From positions 22,384,001-22,448,000 of the forward strand of contig NC_087250.1 in NCBI RefSeq assembly GCF_037042905.1: 64,000 bases of DNA. The letters run 5' to 3'. Shown one piece after another: positions 24,701-39,700 of this stretch. Below the pieces are notes generated by a model. That model searched no databases. It worked only from the letters and a program-made list of their open reading frames with translations, and was not told the origin of the DNA. The stretch is from Lytechinus pictus (lineage: Eukaryota). Within the stretch, counting starts at the first letter, position 1. Every line of letters begins with the position of its first letter. The translations under genes were made by a program, and so were the position numbers.

Positions 24701-27700
24701 CTACATGTATCCCAATCAGAAAATAGTTCGGTGTATGATACTTTTCCTTCCCATGCTTATTTCACAGTTGCAATCAGACCTTACTACATCCCTTTGGTCA
24801 ACAGCTGGTAACCTAGGCAACTCTTGGTATGGACAGCAGGTTACAGTGACGTCATCCATTCCTTATCACGTGGTCTTTGAAGGAACTGTCGGATCAGGCG
24901 AGCTGGGAGATATCGCGATAGACGATATTGATTACAAAGATGGACCTTGCGAAAATTCAGGTATTTTTTTATAAGATTTATTTTAACTAAATGGCATTCT
25001 TTTTCAGCAACATGTAACAAATATTTATGACCTTAATTCGGATTTCATATTCAAAAATATTTCCAATGCTATATGTCAACCAGATGAAAAGACATATGAT
25101 TAATAAAAATTTACCAAAAAAAAAATAATAATTTTGCACATATTCCAGCAAGGCCAGAAGCGGAGTGAAACAAAAAAAACAGCAAAAAGAAAAAAAAACA
25201 GGTCCCACCGGGATTTGAACTCGGATCGCTGGATTCAAAGTCCAGAGTGCTAACCATTACACCATGGGGCCTTTGGTGGTTATTATTAAGACAAATTACT
25301 GAAGAAGGTAAAGCATTGTTCAATTAAGATATAAAGAACATTTGCTTCTTGGAATCCTAGTAACTAAACAATCCTCGGAATAAAGATTGAATTTGAAAGA
25401 TTGAAAGGAATTCAGTTTGCTAGCACTGCTTATTGTTCTTGTTGGTATATATGACAATGCCTGGGGTCGTCAAGGGCACCCCTTTGTCTATTGAATCTAG
25501 AAGGTATGCATGGACCTTGTATAATGCCTGTAAAGGACAAGAAAACAAAGATATTCATAAAGCCTGCCAGAGCTTGGTGTACTTAGCACCAATTGTGTAT
25601 GAAGCCTATTTAGTGAATATTTTCTATTCATTCATGATTAACTTCTATTAAGCAAGATCTTGGGGCTGTGAACATTCTTTGTATTGTTCGTGTAATGTTT
25701 TCAAATCTAAAGAATGATTTTTGTGGCTATTGGAAAGAAGAAAAAAGTCCTTTAACTAAATTGTGTGTTGTCCTGGAAGCTGCATCAATGGCCCCATGGT
25801 GTAATGGTTAGCACTCTGGACTTTGAATCCAGCGATCCGAGTTCAAATCCCGGTGGGACCTTCTTTTTTTTTCTTGCAAATCATCATTGCAGATTTGAAT
25901 GTAATTTTCCCCTTTGATTTTCTTTAGTTTTTACTGCGATTGATTGCATTAATTTTAATTTGATTGAAAGAATACTTAACAACATGAATAATTAAGATTT
26001 ATTTTTATTGTGCTCATACTTTTCTAATCTGTTTGGCGGCTTTAAAATGTCTTTAAGGATCAAACTGATAAACTAGAATAGTGAACTCAAAAGTAGTTAT
26101 TGCGCTATATTATTACAAAACAGCAGAGATCTTATGTAAAATAGAATACATTGCTTTTTTCTAGTCGATTGTGTCAGTTACTTGATATTTCTCAGAGTGT
26201 AACAGTTTTGGTTCATTGGGATCGTTGGGGGTCATTACGAAAAGCTAAGAACATGGCTCTTTCATGGAGTCTTTATTTTGTTTCAATTTCTTATTTTCTG
26301 AAAGACTATATTAAAGTGCAGGTCATATGCATATTACTTACATAAATACTTATTACTAATATTCTTATTGTATGCTTTTTGTATCTATTGTCATTAGATA
26401 CTTTATGGATCTATTCATATCGTATGCTTTTTGGATCTAATCGTATTAGATACTTTCTGGATCTGTTCGTATTAGATACTTTATGGATCTGTTCATATCG
26501 TATGCTTTTTGGATCTATTCGTATTAGATACTTTATGGATCTGTTCATATCGTATGTTTTTTGGATCTATTCGTATTACATGTAGATAATTTATGGATCT
26601 ATTCATATCGTATGCTTTTTAGATCTATTCGTATTAGATACCTTATGGATCTATTCATATCATATGCTTTTTGTATCTATTCGTATTAGATACTTTATGG
26701 ATCTATTCATATCGTATGCTTTTGGATCTTGAAAGCAAAAAAGATGTCCAGATGTATGCTGACATAGCAGCAGAGCTGGATTTCAACTATTGTAATTTGT
26801 TTCTCAACATGTGAACGCAATTCCCTCCTGCATTTGTTCCATGAAAGAGACATTGATGAAGTTGAATCACTTTATAAACTGGGATGCTTCTTTAAAGGAA
26901 AAGTCCACCCCAACTTAATAGTTGATTTGAATAAAAAGAGAAAAATCCAACAAGCATAACACTGAAAATTTCATCAAAATTGGATGTAAAATAAGAAAGT
27001 TATGATATTTTAAAGTTTCGATTATTTTTCACAAAACAGTGATATGCACAACTCGGTGACATGCAAATAAGTCAGTCGATGATGTCCATCACTCACTATT
27101 TCTTTTGTTTTTTATTGTTTGAATTTTTGAATATTTCATTTTTTACAGATTTGACAATATGGACCAACTTGACTGAACCATATAGTATCAAACAATGCTA
27201 ATTCCACATGTTCAGGGAGAAATTATTATTTCACTTGCCAATGAGGAGAAAATAAGAATATTTCATATAATGAAATACAAAAGAAATAGTGAGTGGATGA
27301 TGTCATCAGTCTCCTCATTTGCATACCAACCAGGATGTGCAGATAACTGTTTTGTGAAATTAAGTGAAACTTTAAAATGTCATAACTTTCTTATTTTACA
27401 TCCAAATGATGAAATTTTCAGTCTTTTGCTTGTTGGATTTTTCTCTTTTTATTCGAATCAATTTTTGTTGGGGGTGGACTTGTCCTTTAAATGCACCTTG
27501 TAGTTATTTCACAAAATCATCATGATTATATCTTGACTTCTAATGGGTCTTTGTTTCCGTTTCTTTTCCATGCAGTTTCCTGTGATTTTGAATCTGGTTT
27601 ATGTCTATGGAGTAATACACTGACAGGCGATGATTTTGACTGGATCCGACAGAGTGGGGCTTCCCCGACCACTGGGACTGGACCTATAGCAGACCATACC

Positions 27701-30700
27701 TTAGGCAATGCTCAAGGTATGTATTCACTTCATTTCAAGTCAGATCACTTATTCTTCTAAGTAAAAACTACATTGCCTTAACATGAAGTGATATATGAAA
27801 TATGCAGGATAGGTCAGTAAAATTAATTCAATAAAAAAATGACAGTCAAAGGGGATTAACCCATGACAACCTGACTGTGAATTGAATTAAGAAGTATTTA
27901 GCATCAAGTTTACATGGAAAGGAATATCCACTATTATTGAGCCATCCACTATTATTGAGTGGAATCACCTGAATGACGCTGTCATCAACTCAACATCGAC
28001 AAGCTCATTCAAGAAGGCCATTGACAGAACCTTCTAATCCTCACTCTGCCCTCTCTCACCCGATGCATTTATGCCCAGGAGGGCCCTGCATCGTATACAT
28101 CCAGATATGATTCTGTCCACACTTAAAAATAAGTCATTCAAGAAGGCTTAGTTTAAGCTTACCAAGATGCTGCTGGTTTATTAAGAGCTTCTTAGTATAG
28201 CTAGCTGGTATGGCATGTTCCTGCTTTTCAAGAATTATGATCATTCACAGTCGTCTGATGTCCTCTGAGTACATAACATTACTCCCATACATCTTAGATT
28301 TAACCTTTCGGAAGACCAGTCTTTGTAATCATGTCATTTCCATAATGATAGTAAATTTATCATCTTTGTTTGGTAGGTTTTTCAGGCGGTCAAATTTTCT
28401 GTGTTTCTTTGATGTATTACAGCTGGTAGGATCACTCTCTCTGTAATTTAATCATTTCAGTTTTTATCAGAGGAATGATAATTGCAGAGCAATTAAGTTA
28501 ATATTTCAAAAATTAAGAAGCTGGCATAATTAATTATTATCCGAAAACTTAGGCTTTTACATGTACATCGAAGCAAGCTCGGTAGGCGTTGGAGCCAAGG
28601 CCCGTCTTATCAGCTCCATCTTTCCTTCTACTACCGGCTCCTGCATCTCCTTCTGGTACCATATGTATGGCTCCACCGTCGGGGAGCTCAATATCCGGGT
28701 CGTCGATGCGCTATCCGGGTCCGAGGATTTCAAGTGGCGATTATCCGGTCAGCAGACCACCGATCAGAATGGCTGGTTGGAAGGAAGGTTTTCAGTCATG
28801 AATGGGGACGGTATGATGGTAAGTGTAATTGTTTCTCTGTCTGTTTTTGTTTGGGTTTTTTAGTGGAAACTCTATAAGCTTTACTTGACTGGGAAATACT
28901 TCTTGTAAATTCATTGATTATATTTCTTCTTTTTCATTTCAATTTCAACAAAATTTACAATGTAAAAATATATATAAAGTACAGATATTAAAAAGGGGAA
29001 CCCACTGGAAAGCACAGAAGCACAGCTTTTATTTGTGAGTTAGTTGCCATAAATAACCGATTAAAATGTATCTTTCTTTCTTCAGTAAAATTCGGATCGT
29101 ATTTAACAAGGTCTAATAGAATAATAATGGAGTCAAGATTTTTATGCCTCTACACTGTTTATTAGCATTATCATGTTTGTGCAAAAATGATTCGATCGTT
29201 TTTGTGACTGAGTTTGAATAAATTTTTTAATGATAGAACAACACAAACAATGTAAAACAAAATGTGAACATCATTTTAACTATTTTTTTTTACTTATGCA
29301 GCCAACTCCTACTCCTCACGATTCATTGGTGGTGGTAAGGGGTTTCATTCATTGAGGTGTATAATTACACACTGCAAAACACCAGTGTCAATTTAACACC
29401 AGACCAGTATCTAATGTCCACACCAGAGAAGTATTGAAACAACTCCACTTTGGCATCAAATCGAAGCGAAGCTGTTTTAACACTAATTGGTGTTGTAAAA
29501 ACACCTATCTGAGGCAAACAACTGGTGTTGTTTAACACTTCTCTGGTGCTGACATTTATAGATTCCGGGCTGGTGTTAAATCTACACCAGAATTTTGCAG
29601 TCCATTTACCTTCATTATATAAAGTTTATTCCAAAGTATTATCCAACTTTTTGTACGAACTGAATGCAGTACCTCGCAAAAATGTACTCTTTATCTCTTT
29701 TTTATCTTCATCTGTATCCAACACGCAGAATATAATATCGTTATACATATATTTATTGATCACAAAATAACACAACCCTTGATCGCAGTACGGCCTTCTT
29801 TCTGAAAGCAATTGCAATTATTTCACTTTCTATTTTTAACGAAAGAATAGATTATCAAAGAAAGGTATAATTTTCCCTCCCTTGCTACTAATCTTCTTAT
29901 GAGAAATTGGACCCATAAGCTTCAAAGGGTTAATCCACATCAAACAAATAATTTCACCTTGCATTCCAGCTCTTCTAAAGCAGTCAGCATTATTAGCATT
30001 TTCAGTTGTAGCAATCTTCATTATTTTCAACATACATGTATTTCACAAATTTCTGATTGCTGTCATGTCAATGATTTTGATTAATGTCATTTTTTTCATA
30101 CTATTTGTTACTTGATACATGGAATTAGAGTACTCCATCTAATTTTACCAATATATTGCATTCATCACTAATAGCCCCATCCTATGCACAATTTTGTAGA
30201 ATTCGCTTGATGCATTTTGGGAAAAGAAAAACATATTTGTATGCCACCGTATTTCAAGGTTTGCAAAATGAAATTGTTCTTCTTTTTTTTGAGAAGCAAA
30301 GTTACTTAATTGTTAAACACTTTTATTCTTATCACTTGTAAACCCATCCGCTGCAATTACAAACAACTCCATGCTCCAAGCTTATTGTATTCATTCTCAA
30401 ATACCTCTTGAGTACAGTGTATTATTTTTATACTCACAACAATACCTCTATTTATAAATCATATATTGGGATTAACACCAACCCTTTTTCACATTCATTT
30501 ATTTTTTTTATATAATGTTCAATGGTTCCTCTCAATTCATATTTGTTTTCTTTTTGTAACCTTTTCCCTTTGACTTGAATTTTCATCCTTATATTCAATC
30601 TTGTTCACAAGTTATTTTTAAGTGAATTTATGTAATGATATTCTTCTGCATCAATCAATCTTTTTTTTCAGATCATCATTGAGGCATCAACAGGGATCAG

Positions 30701-33700
30701 TTACTATGGCGATATAGCGATTGATGACATCACTGTTCAGGATCAAGTGTGCCCAGGTAAACAAATTTGTGGGGTTATTTTATTATTTGTTTAGCACCCC
30801 CCCCCCCCCTACCTGCTCTCAAAATCATATTTTAAAGTTCTTTCTAACTTCTGATTTTCACCAAATAAAGTGCACAACATGATTGATATAGATTTTAGAT
30901 GCTAAAAATATTATGTGTCATGTTATAAGCATAAATATTTCTTTAATTTCCTCATTCAGCCTGCCCCTCCCCCAAACAAAAAAGGGTTTCTCTTCAGTGT
31001 TGTTCTTCACAATGTTCATATCCTCTCTGTATTTTTTTTCTCATTTTTTCTCTATGGATTGGCAATGATTGTTTTTGTCTGTGTATGTTCATGCATTGCA
31101 TGCACTATGATACTGTTTTTTCTAACCATTTTCAGGTATTCTACTATTAATTTTATTCAGTTATTATTCATTATAATTATTTTAGAATAGTAGACGTTAA
31201 TGGTTAACATTTAAAGCTCTTCCTTCCATTTCTCCCATTTACATCTGTATATTTTTCATTCAGATAGAGATAATCTATGTAGCGACGAATTTCTATGTAT
31301 AATCTTGTCAGCCACTAAATTCTTTCATTCATATTATTCCCATAATTGTTATTCTAGTGTTCCCGAGCAAAGCTGACCCAACCCTCTATGACACGGTTAC
31401 CTGTGACTTTGAAATGTCCCTATGTGGATGGGTACAGGAAACCAATGATGACTTTGACTGGACAAGATATGCAGGTTCAACGTCGTCCGCATCAACTGGT
31501 CCGACGAGTGACCATACGACTGGCACAGGTGAGCAACCCTTAAAAGAATACATTGTTCAATTCTTTAGATAATATTAATTATTATGGGCTTCTTAATAGG
31601 CTTTCTACTTTGTTACCTTCTGATTTGGATTATTCATAAATTTCTATTTAATATTGACAAACACCTTATCATTTTTTAAATAAAAATTTACCCTTATTTC
31701 TTGGGATTGAATATTTGACATTTTATTCTTTTCCATTTTATAATTATACAAAATATATCATAAAAATATAAATTTACTGTTGTCAAGATTATGTGCCTAT
31801 ATATCTAGTTTACCAATCACTTAATAATGTGATAAATTTGGTAATGATGACAAACTGTCCATGATTAAGGAAAGATAAAAGTAAAAGAATAAAACATTGT
31901 ACCTTTGAAAGGGTTTAGGAGACCTTTGATCAAGTCCTTCCACTGTCTGTATTTTATTCTTTGTTTTATAAAAGAGCCTTTCTGAAAGTAACTTTTTATA
32001 ATTTTTTTATGGGGACAAGGCTCATCCCCAATAGTTTTTTTTTCTCTCTCCTGAAAGTGACACATGCTAAATGTTAAGATAATGATTGGTATTATTATGA
32101 AGGCTTTTTGTATCGATCTGAAAGAAAGTGTAGGAAGTAATTACCTACATTTCAGATATCTTAGACTTTGAGCTGTTTCTTTCCATGAAAAATGTATTAT
32201 TTTAAAATCCCATGCAGGATATTACATATACTTTGAGGCGTCAAGTGGCGTTTTGGGTAGCACAGCCCGGGTGAGATCATTGGCGATACCCGCCACGCCT
32301 ACAGGGGCATGTCTCCAATTCTGGATCCATATGTATGGTACAACGATGGGAGCACTTAACCTGTATCTTTACAACATTTACGATGGCACAACCACTTTGG
32401 TGTGGAGACAGGACGGTACCCTAAGGAATACTTGGATTTATCAGCAGCTTGATTTGATATCAAGTCAAAACTATCAGGTGGGTCTTTTTTCTGATTTGAT
32501 CAGGGCCCACTTCTGTCACTAATGCTAAGATCAACTTACCTTGGCAATTAAAAGCGGAATAACCTTTAAAGCCAAAGACACTTCAAAAGCTCTGATCCAT
32601 TCTTCTTTTCACTCTTTACAAACGGAAGTCGTAAATTCCTGATTGTCAATACATAGTTTGTTGTTTGTAAGAAACTCATCATTGGTCGGCACGGCATAAC
32701 CTTTAGAAGTCCATTTTTACCATCATAACTTGGCTTTCTAAAATGTAACTTCCCCTTTGAGTGAATGTTTCCAAAAGAATATTAACATTTATTGAGAGAT
32801 GATTTCAAGGGGAATGGAGTCAACATACCTAGGAACTTTAACCATGAGCTGATGTATTTTTTGATACCATGAAGAGCTGTCTTGGATTCATTTTTAAATA
32901 ATTTTCTAGAGGTCTTCATTATAGTGAATTCTCCCCTATGGATTACTAGTATTGTATATACAATCCGTATACATTGGGAAACTGATTTCATCACTGCAGC
33001 TAACCCCTGACATTTCATCATTTATATTGATAGCTTCACATTGTCAATGATTCTCTATTCATATTTTTGTTTCATATGTAGTTAATCTTTGAGGCAGTTA
33101 GAGGATCAGACTTCCAAAGTGATATCGCATTGGACGACATCTTATTTGATGCATCGTCTTCTTGTCCCCAGCAAAGTAAGTGTTTTTATTATATTTTTAT
33201 CTATACATAAATAATAATAATATTCCGCATTTATATAGCGCTTAATACATCGGAACGACGTCTCTAAGCGCTTTACAGACATATTATTACCCCGGTCATC
33301 GGATCCTTGCATGCCCGCATACAATGTATGCACCTTCTCCACTCCCTGGGGAGCATTCCAACAAGAGTTCCAAGACTCAATTGCTAGGCATAATACATAT
33401 AGGCTTTCACATCCTACCGGGTACCCATGTAACACCTGTGTGGAGAGTGGCAAACTGTGGATTAACGCCTTGCCAAAGGACGCTAGGCCATGGTGGGATT
33501 CGAACACACGACCCTCTGATTACAAGGCGAGAGTCAGAACCGCTACACCACAACGTCTATATAAAGGTCTATATCCATCTGTATTGAATTCTACCTTGAA
33601 AATATATCTTTGAAATATTGTACCATAAAAAAAAATTAGTATTTCCTATTGAAATCAAGCATAAGTTTATTTTCAATTTAACACATATATATATCACAAA

Positions 33701-36700
33701 TTTCAATTGAACAAAGGGCTTACCCTTGATTTTTTTTTTGACTGACAGTTGAGTTTGGAACTGAATGTAATGCAATGTCCACTTAATCTCATATCAAACT
33801 CAGTTTAGAGTTTGATCTGAATTAGCAGTCATCACTTTCTGATAGACACACTGTTATACTCTGACAAAAATCTTTCAGATGCTACTTTTATAGATTACTT
33901 CAAATATCTATGACAGTATGTGATATTTCATTAATTATCTGATATTTCTATACCTCGGGGGAACAAGGGAAAGTTTAATATATTATATCAGTATCCAAAC
34001 ATTCATTTCCCACCTTATCTTAGCAAGCATTAATAAGATTCTTTCATGCTCCATACCTTTGTGAATACAGAACAATGTACATTTGAACAAGATTTATGCG
34101 GTTGGCAGCAAGACAGTACAGATGACGGTTTAGACTGGATCCGAGGAACCGGATCATCCTATTCGACCGTTCCGGTTGATAAGAGTTCAAACACCGCAAC
34201 CGGTATGTATTTCTCCGTCAAGGATTCTGGAAGAAGTTATGTAATTGCTGAGAAATTAGCTATATGATGACATCGGATCCAAATGTTGGTCTATTTCCGA
34301 ATAATGATAAGAAAAATACACTGTCCAACATGTGCTCATCTGTGTTGGTGATCTTCCGTGTGTTGTATTTCATGATTTAAAAAAAAGTTTATGTACCTGA
34401 ACCAGAGGTAGATAATCCTGGGTTTAGGGGACTAACTTATTTGCAACCATGAGTGCATGACCGCTAACTTCACCAAACTTATATCACACTGCCATTTAAT
34501 ATTGATAGACCTTCCCTGACCCCACCTCTACCAAGAGAGGAGGGGGAAGGGGTGGGGTGCCAGCACCCACGGGAATAGGGGAGGGCTATTCATCAATTTT
34601 TAACAGTGTGATACGCTGGGATGAGTTGGGTGGCGGTGAAGTTAGCGACCTCTTTAATGTGCAAATAACTTAGTTACCTAAAACCCAGGATTACCGATCT
34701 AAGGTGATGATCGAAGCTGTGACAATTAATCTTAGTTTTACAGACTTTCACACAATTTCACTGTGTAATATCCAGCTATATTCATTTATCTTTAATCTTT
34801 GAAATTTTACAGGTAATTTCATCTATGTGAACACACTACTGCCACACAGCGACGGTGACGAGGCAAGGATTATAAGCCCCGCCTACAACCTCTCCTCTTC
34901 TGATTACTGTGTGCAGTTCTGGTACTATCATGATGGCTATGGGTACATCCGGCTCCATTCACGAGAAAATGGGGTCTTTTCTGCACCCCTGTGGACCACG
35001 CCCATCAATTCCATGGGTGGATGGGCATATGGTAGTGGTACCATTACTGGAGATAATGTTGAGGTAGAATCTTTTTCTTTAAAACAAAAAAGAAAAACCA
35101 TAAAGAATGAGCATAATTTGATGATTTTGCACTAAAAAATACAATTATTTTTTTCAAAAAATAAATGAGTTGATGTTTATACATATACGTATGTTGTGTT
35201 TGAAATATATGTAACTTTCAATAAAAATTGGTTCTTTAAATTTTGTCCTTCAAGGATGAATATATATTTAATACATGTATAAAATCATGAAACAATTGTG
35301 ATTCGTGTAATAAAAAAGGACATGGTAAAATGACATTATTGGCCCACTTATTGCTTATTTATATGCAAACATGTTTTATAAAATAATATTTAACTTTGAA
35401 ATTCAATAATTCTTCTATTTAAAAAAAATGAAATGTTGTTTTGATGTTATTTATACTATTTATATAAATCGCGGCTTGAACATTCTCTCAGTAGGACGTC
35501 CCAATTTTCTCAGAAATTGTTTTTTATGTTACCTTTATTTCACCATAGATTGTATTCGTTGGATCCCTGAGCTCAGTGTATGGTACAGCCATGGCCCTTG
35601 ATGAGATCAACATCGAGTTTGGGTCCTGCCCACCACCAGGTAATAACTCCTTAACAAATGAAGTCAATGGTACAAATATTACACATCATCAAGGGCATTA
35701 GTAAGGATTATATGCACAAGGTACCTTTGAACAGTTTTAATATACCTGAGGAATAGCCAAGGTCGTTTTCTCTGTTTCAAAGGTAACAAATTTGTGCAAT
35801 TATTCTTTTAGCTCAACAATGATGTATGTATTATATGTTTTTTTATAAGATAGTAATGAGGATCCTGATAAAACACCTTCATCTCAAACCTTTAACCAGT
35901 CAATAGAACTAGTCTCTAGTATCAGTCATTATCTAAAATAAATGACTTGTGACGTGATAGGTTCTAGCAAACCATTTAATTTTTATTATACCATCATTTT
36001 AAAACATAATATAAGATACATTACTTTCCATAAGCATAATAAGTGGAACTATGTTATAACATCAATATTTAATTCTCCAACTGCATATGGGATTATTCTT
36101 GAAAACTAGATAGATGACAATCTATGATATAGCAGAATATAATTCGCATGACACGATATATCACTAGCAGCTTAGATTATACCCTGGAGACGAATTCATT
36201 GGCAGATTTGCTCATCACATTTTTAAAGGGTTGAAAGTAAATATCTAAGTACCCTTGCAAATTGTATTTACAGGATACTGTACATTTGAGAGTCTTCATT
36301 GTGGGTGGACAAATGATGTTAACGATGATTTTGATTGGCTACTTCACTCTGGAGCCACGCCCAGTGACAGCACAGGACCTCCTTTTGACCACACCCTCGG
36401 AACAATTCAAGGTAATGATGACCACGTTATAACGTAAATGTAAAGACTGATAGTAGATGAGATCAAATAACTGATCTTAAAAAAGGGGAACAAATGTACT
36501 ACTTTAATTTATTTGTATTTATTTCTGAGTTCAAAATATTTTTTTGTACAAAACATACTATAAAATCTGTTTACATAATACAAAATAATCCATAATATAA
36601 ACAATATTGTCATAATAGCGCTTTAACCTGAAATTGATGGTGGCCTCAATATTGATTATAATGAAAGCAAGAAAATTAGATTAGTAGGCCTAAACATTAT

Positions 36701-39700
36701 GAAGATACATGTACATGTATAAGCAAAATTTCATGTTATTGGTTTTCCATATTTTTAAACAGATTTAGAAAATGATTTGAACACCAAATTTTATTTTATT
36801 TCACATCGAGTGATATAATTTCAATATTTTTAAAGCAGATTTAGAAAATTATTTTAGCAAAGGACTTTATCATATTTCAAATAGAGTTATAGTTTTAGTA
36901 TCTACCATATGTTTGCTTATAGGTCATTATATCTACATTGAGACATCCAACTCTGCAACCAATGAGAAAGCGAGACTGGTCTCTGAAATATTCTCGGCCA
37001 CGCCCACTGGATGTTTCACCTTTTGGTATCACATGTTTGGTGCAGGTAAAATTAACACGACTTGTATTTATCTATATGTATATGTCAAGGCCTCCATTAA
37101 TCTCAAGCTCTAAGCTTAAGATGGAGGTCTCCTACATTACAAAAGGTATCACGTCGATATATGCTATATGTTTTAATTCAATTCAATTCAATTCAATTAT
37201 TTATTCAACCATCAAAAGGATAAAAACAGTACAATATACAGTATTAACAAAGTATCAGATAATAATAAAAAAATGTTCAGGTTTAATTATATTTCAATTA
37301 GAATGTTAGAATGTATGTATCATATGTTATTCACTATGGCATTTGATTTTTATTATGTTATGCTGAGAAAAAATGATTACACTTTCATATACATTTGATA
37401 ATGGAATGTGGAAATAAATAAATCTAAATCAAATCATCACCAGAGTATGGTTTGTGTTTCACAAAGAATTAAATAGTGACTTATGCAGTGTTGCACGCAA
37501 CCTGCAACCAATTGCAAGTCAAATTTGGGTTCTCAATCAATCACAAGTCTGGCATTGATTGTAAATTTGTATTTGATTACTGGATTTATTTTTTGCAACA
37601 AGAATTAACAATCAATTTATTATAGTTACAATTAATATATCAATTTTAAGTGTCATTGCAAATTGGCAGGATTGCTAATATTTGGGTGCAACACCCCCTT
37701 GAAGCCATGCTTAAATGCATGATATCTAATGCACTCATTGGTTAATACACAGTAGCGTACACTGGTCACTTGTCTTGGCATGGTTTGACTAATGCAGTAA
37801 TGTCCTTTATAATGCACACATCTCGAGAGTTAAGAGTGTCTCTAAGTCACACTCTCAAATCTTTGTGAGATACTCCGAAAGAAAACATAACCTGTCATCT
37901 CTAATTCTTTTATTAGACATGGGTACCTTGAACATATTCCTTCAAGAGCTGCCCAGCAGTCCGGAATCTATGATCTGGACTCTCAGTGGCGACCAGGGCA
38001 ACAGGTGGCTACTCGGGCAAGTTGATGTCTCTTCGGGCTATGAGCATATCATTACCTTTGAGGCCATTGATTCATCTAGTTTCACAGGAGATATATCATT
38101 GGATGACATTGCGTATTTCCCGTATTCTTGTACAAGTAACCGTGAGTGTTATATATTTGTTCAAAATATTAACTTTTCTTTTTGTAAGGTAGCGTAGCTG
38201 AGATCTCCAAATTTGAACCAGTATAGTAGCATTCTAGACCCCTATAAACTCTATAAAGTCTTTTAAAAAATTAATTCTAGCATCTTGTAAGTGGACATAC
38301 ATGTATGCAATGATTTTTTTTTTACTAAGGGGCAAACCTACCTTTTAATTTCAACAATACATAATATTTATGTGTAGGAGGGAAGTAACTGAGCTGCATT
38401 AAAGGGCAATTCCTTGAATATTATGATGAAACTAAAGGATCTGATGCACACTTTGGATGTAAAAGTTTCGTGACAAAAAAAGTCAGTGAAAAATTATTAA
38501 GATTATCTGGAGACCAAGCAGCCCCCCCCCCCTCACAATATTTCAGTCCCTACTAGACCAAATGCTTGGGTAAATTATAAAAGACAGCCCAGAATGCATG
38601 TTTTTAAGAGGTTGCAACATTTGTTTTGGTTAGAAATGTTGTGCTGTGTGTTTGACATTATGATACGGGTCACACATGTGATTTTATCCCTGCCTCCATT
38701 GTTCATCCACAGCTCCAACAACGACTTTCGTACCACCAGTGACTAGACAACCCAGCCAGTGGGATTGCAGCTTTGATGATGGGTCCCTCTGCAGCTGGGT
38801 GCAGGGTTCTAACGACGATTTTGATTGGTCGTTGCAGCAAGGGTCCGGAGCCAATGATGGGACGGGACCATCTGCCGATCACACATTGCAAAATAAGAAC
38901 GGTGTGTGCATATGTGACAGAGTGTTGATTCAGGCACGATTCGAAAATGTGAATTGACGATGCACGTGTGTTAGGAGAGTGTATATTGGGTGTGAGTGTG
39001 GGTGGGTGGGTGTGTGTGCGTCCATGTGTGAAAGAGACCGAGTTTGTTGTTGAGAGTTAAATTGTGTGTGGTGTGTTTGGTATGTGTGTGGTTAAAAGGG
39101 GACAGGGTAGCGATCGAGTGGAGTAGAGCAGGGGAAAGTGTATTTGAGGAATGGGTTAGTTGTACTAAGATTATATATCTTTATTTTTTTTAATTTGTTT
39201 ATTCAGAACTGTTGGTTTAGAGCATAATAAGAAAAGAACATCTTCTATGTAAAGTAAAAAATATATAGATTACTGCTGATTTTTTAGTGATTGATGTAAG
39301 GCTATTTCATGAAGTTTGAAATTGTATTATTGTTCTGAGAATTGTAATGGAAAAAACATCCATATAAAATTTGACCTTCATATTTATTTGATAAGACAAT
39401 ATAGTGAAATAAAATGGGAACCTCCTGGATAGCATACCTTGTAAATAAAGATAACCATGAATAAAATGAATCAGTGACATTGATTTTGATGATTCTGCCT
39501 CGCTGTTGTTTGATCCCATTCCCAAATTAATTTTGTTTTACCTGCTAACAAATAAAAATTGTGATGTTAAAACCTTTCCTTTGATTTTAATCATTCAGGC
39601 TACTATGCAATGATAGACTCAAATAACCAAGCCGGACAACAAAAGGCTAGGGTCTATAGTGATGTTATACCGCCCCCTGCCGTCACATCCTGTATAGAGT

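Noticed and set aside
26370..26729. CRISPR-like regular repeat
   Set aside because: No unique spacers, no cas genes, and a eukaryotic intron context; it is a minisatellite.
33142..33613. 121-aa and overlapping ORFs, repeated at 45254-45825 and partly at 61745-62233
   Set aside because: Chance frames across SINE copies.
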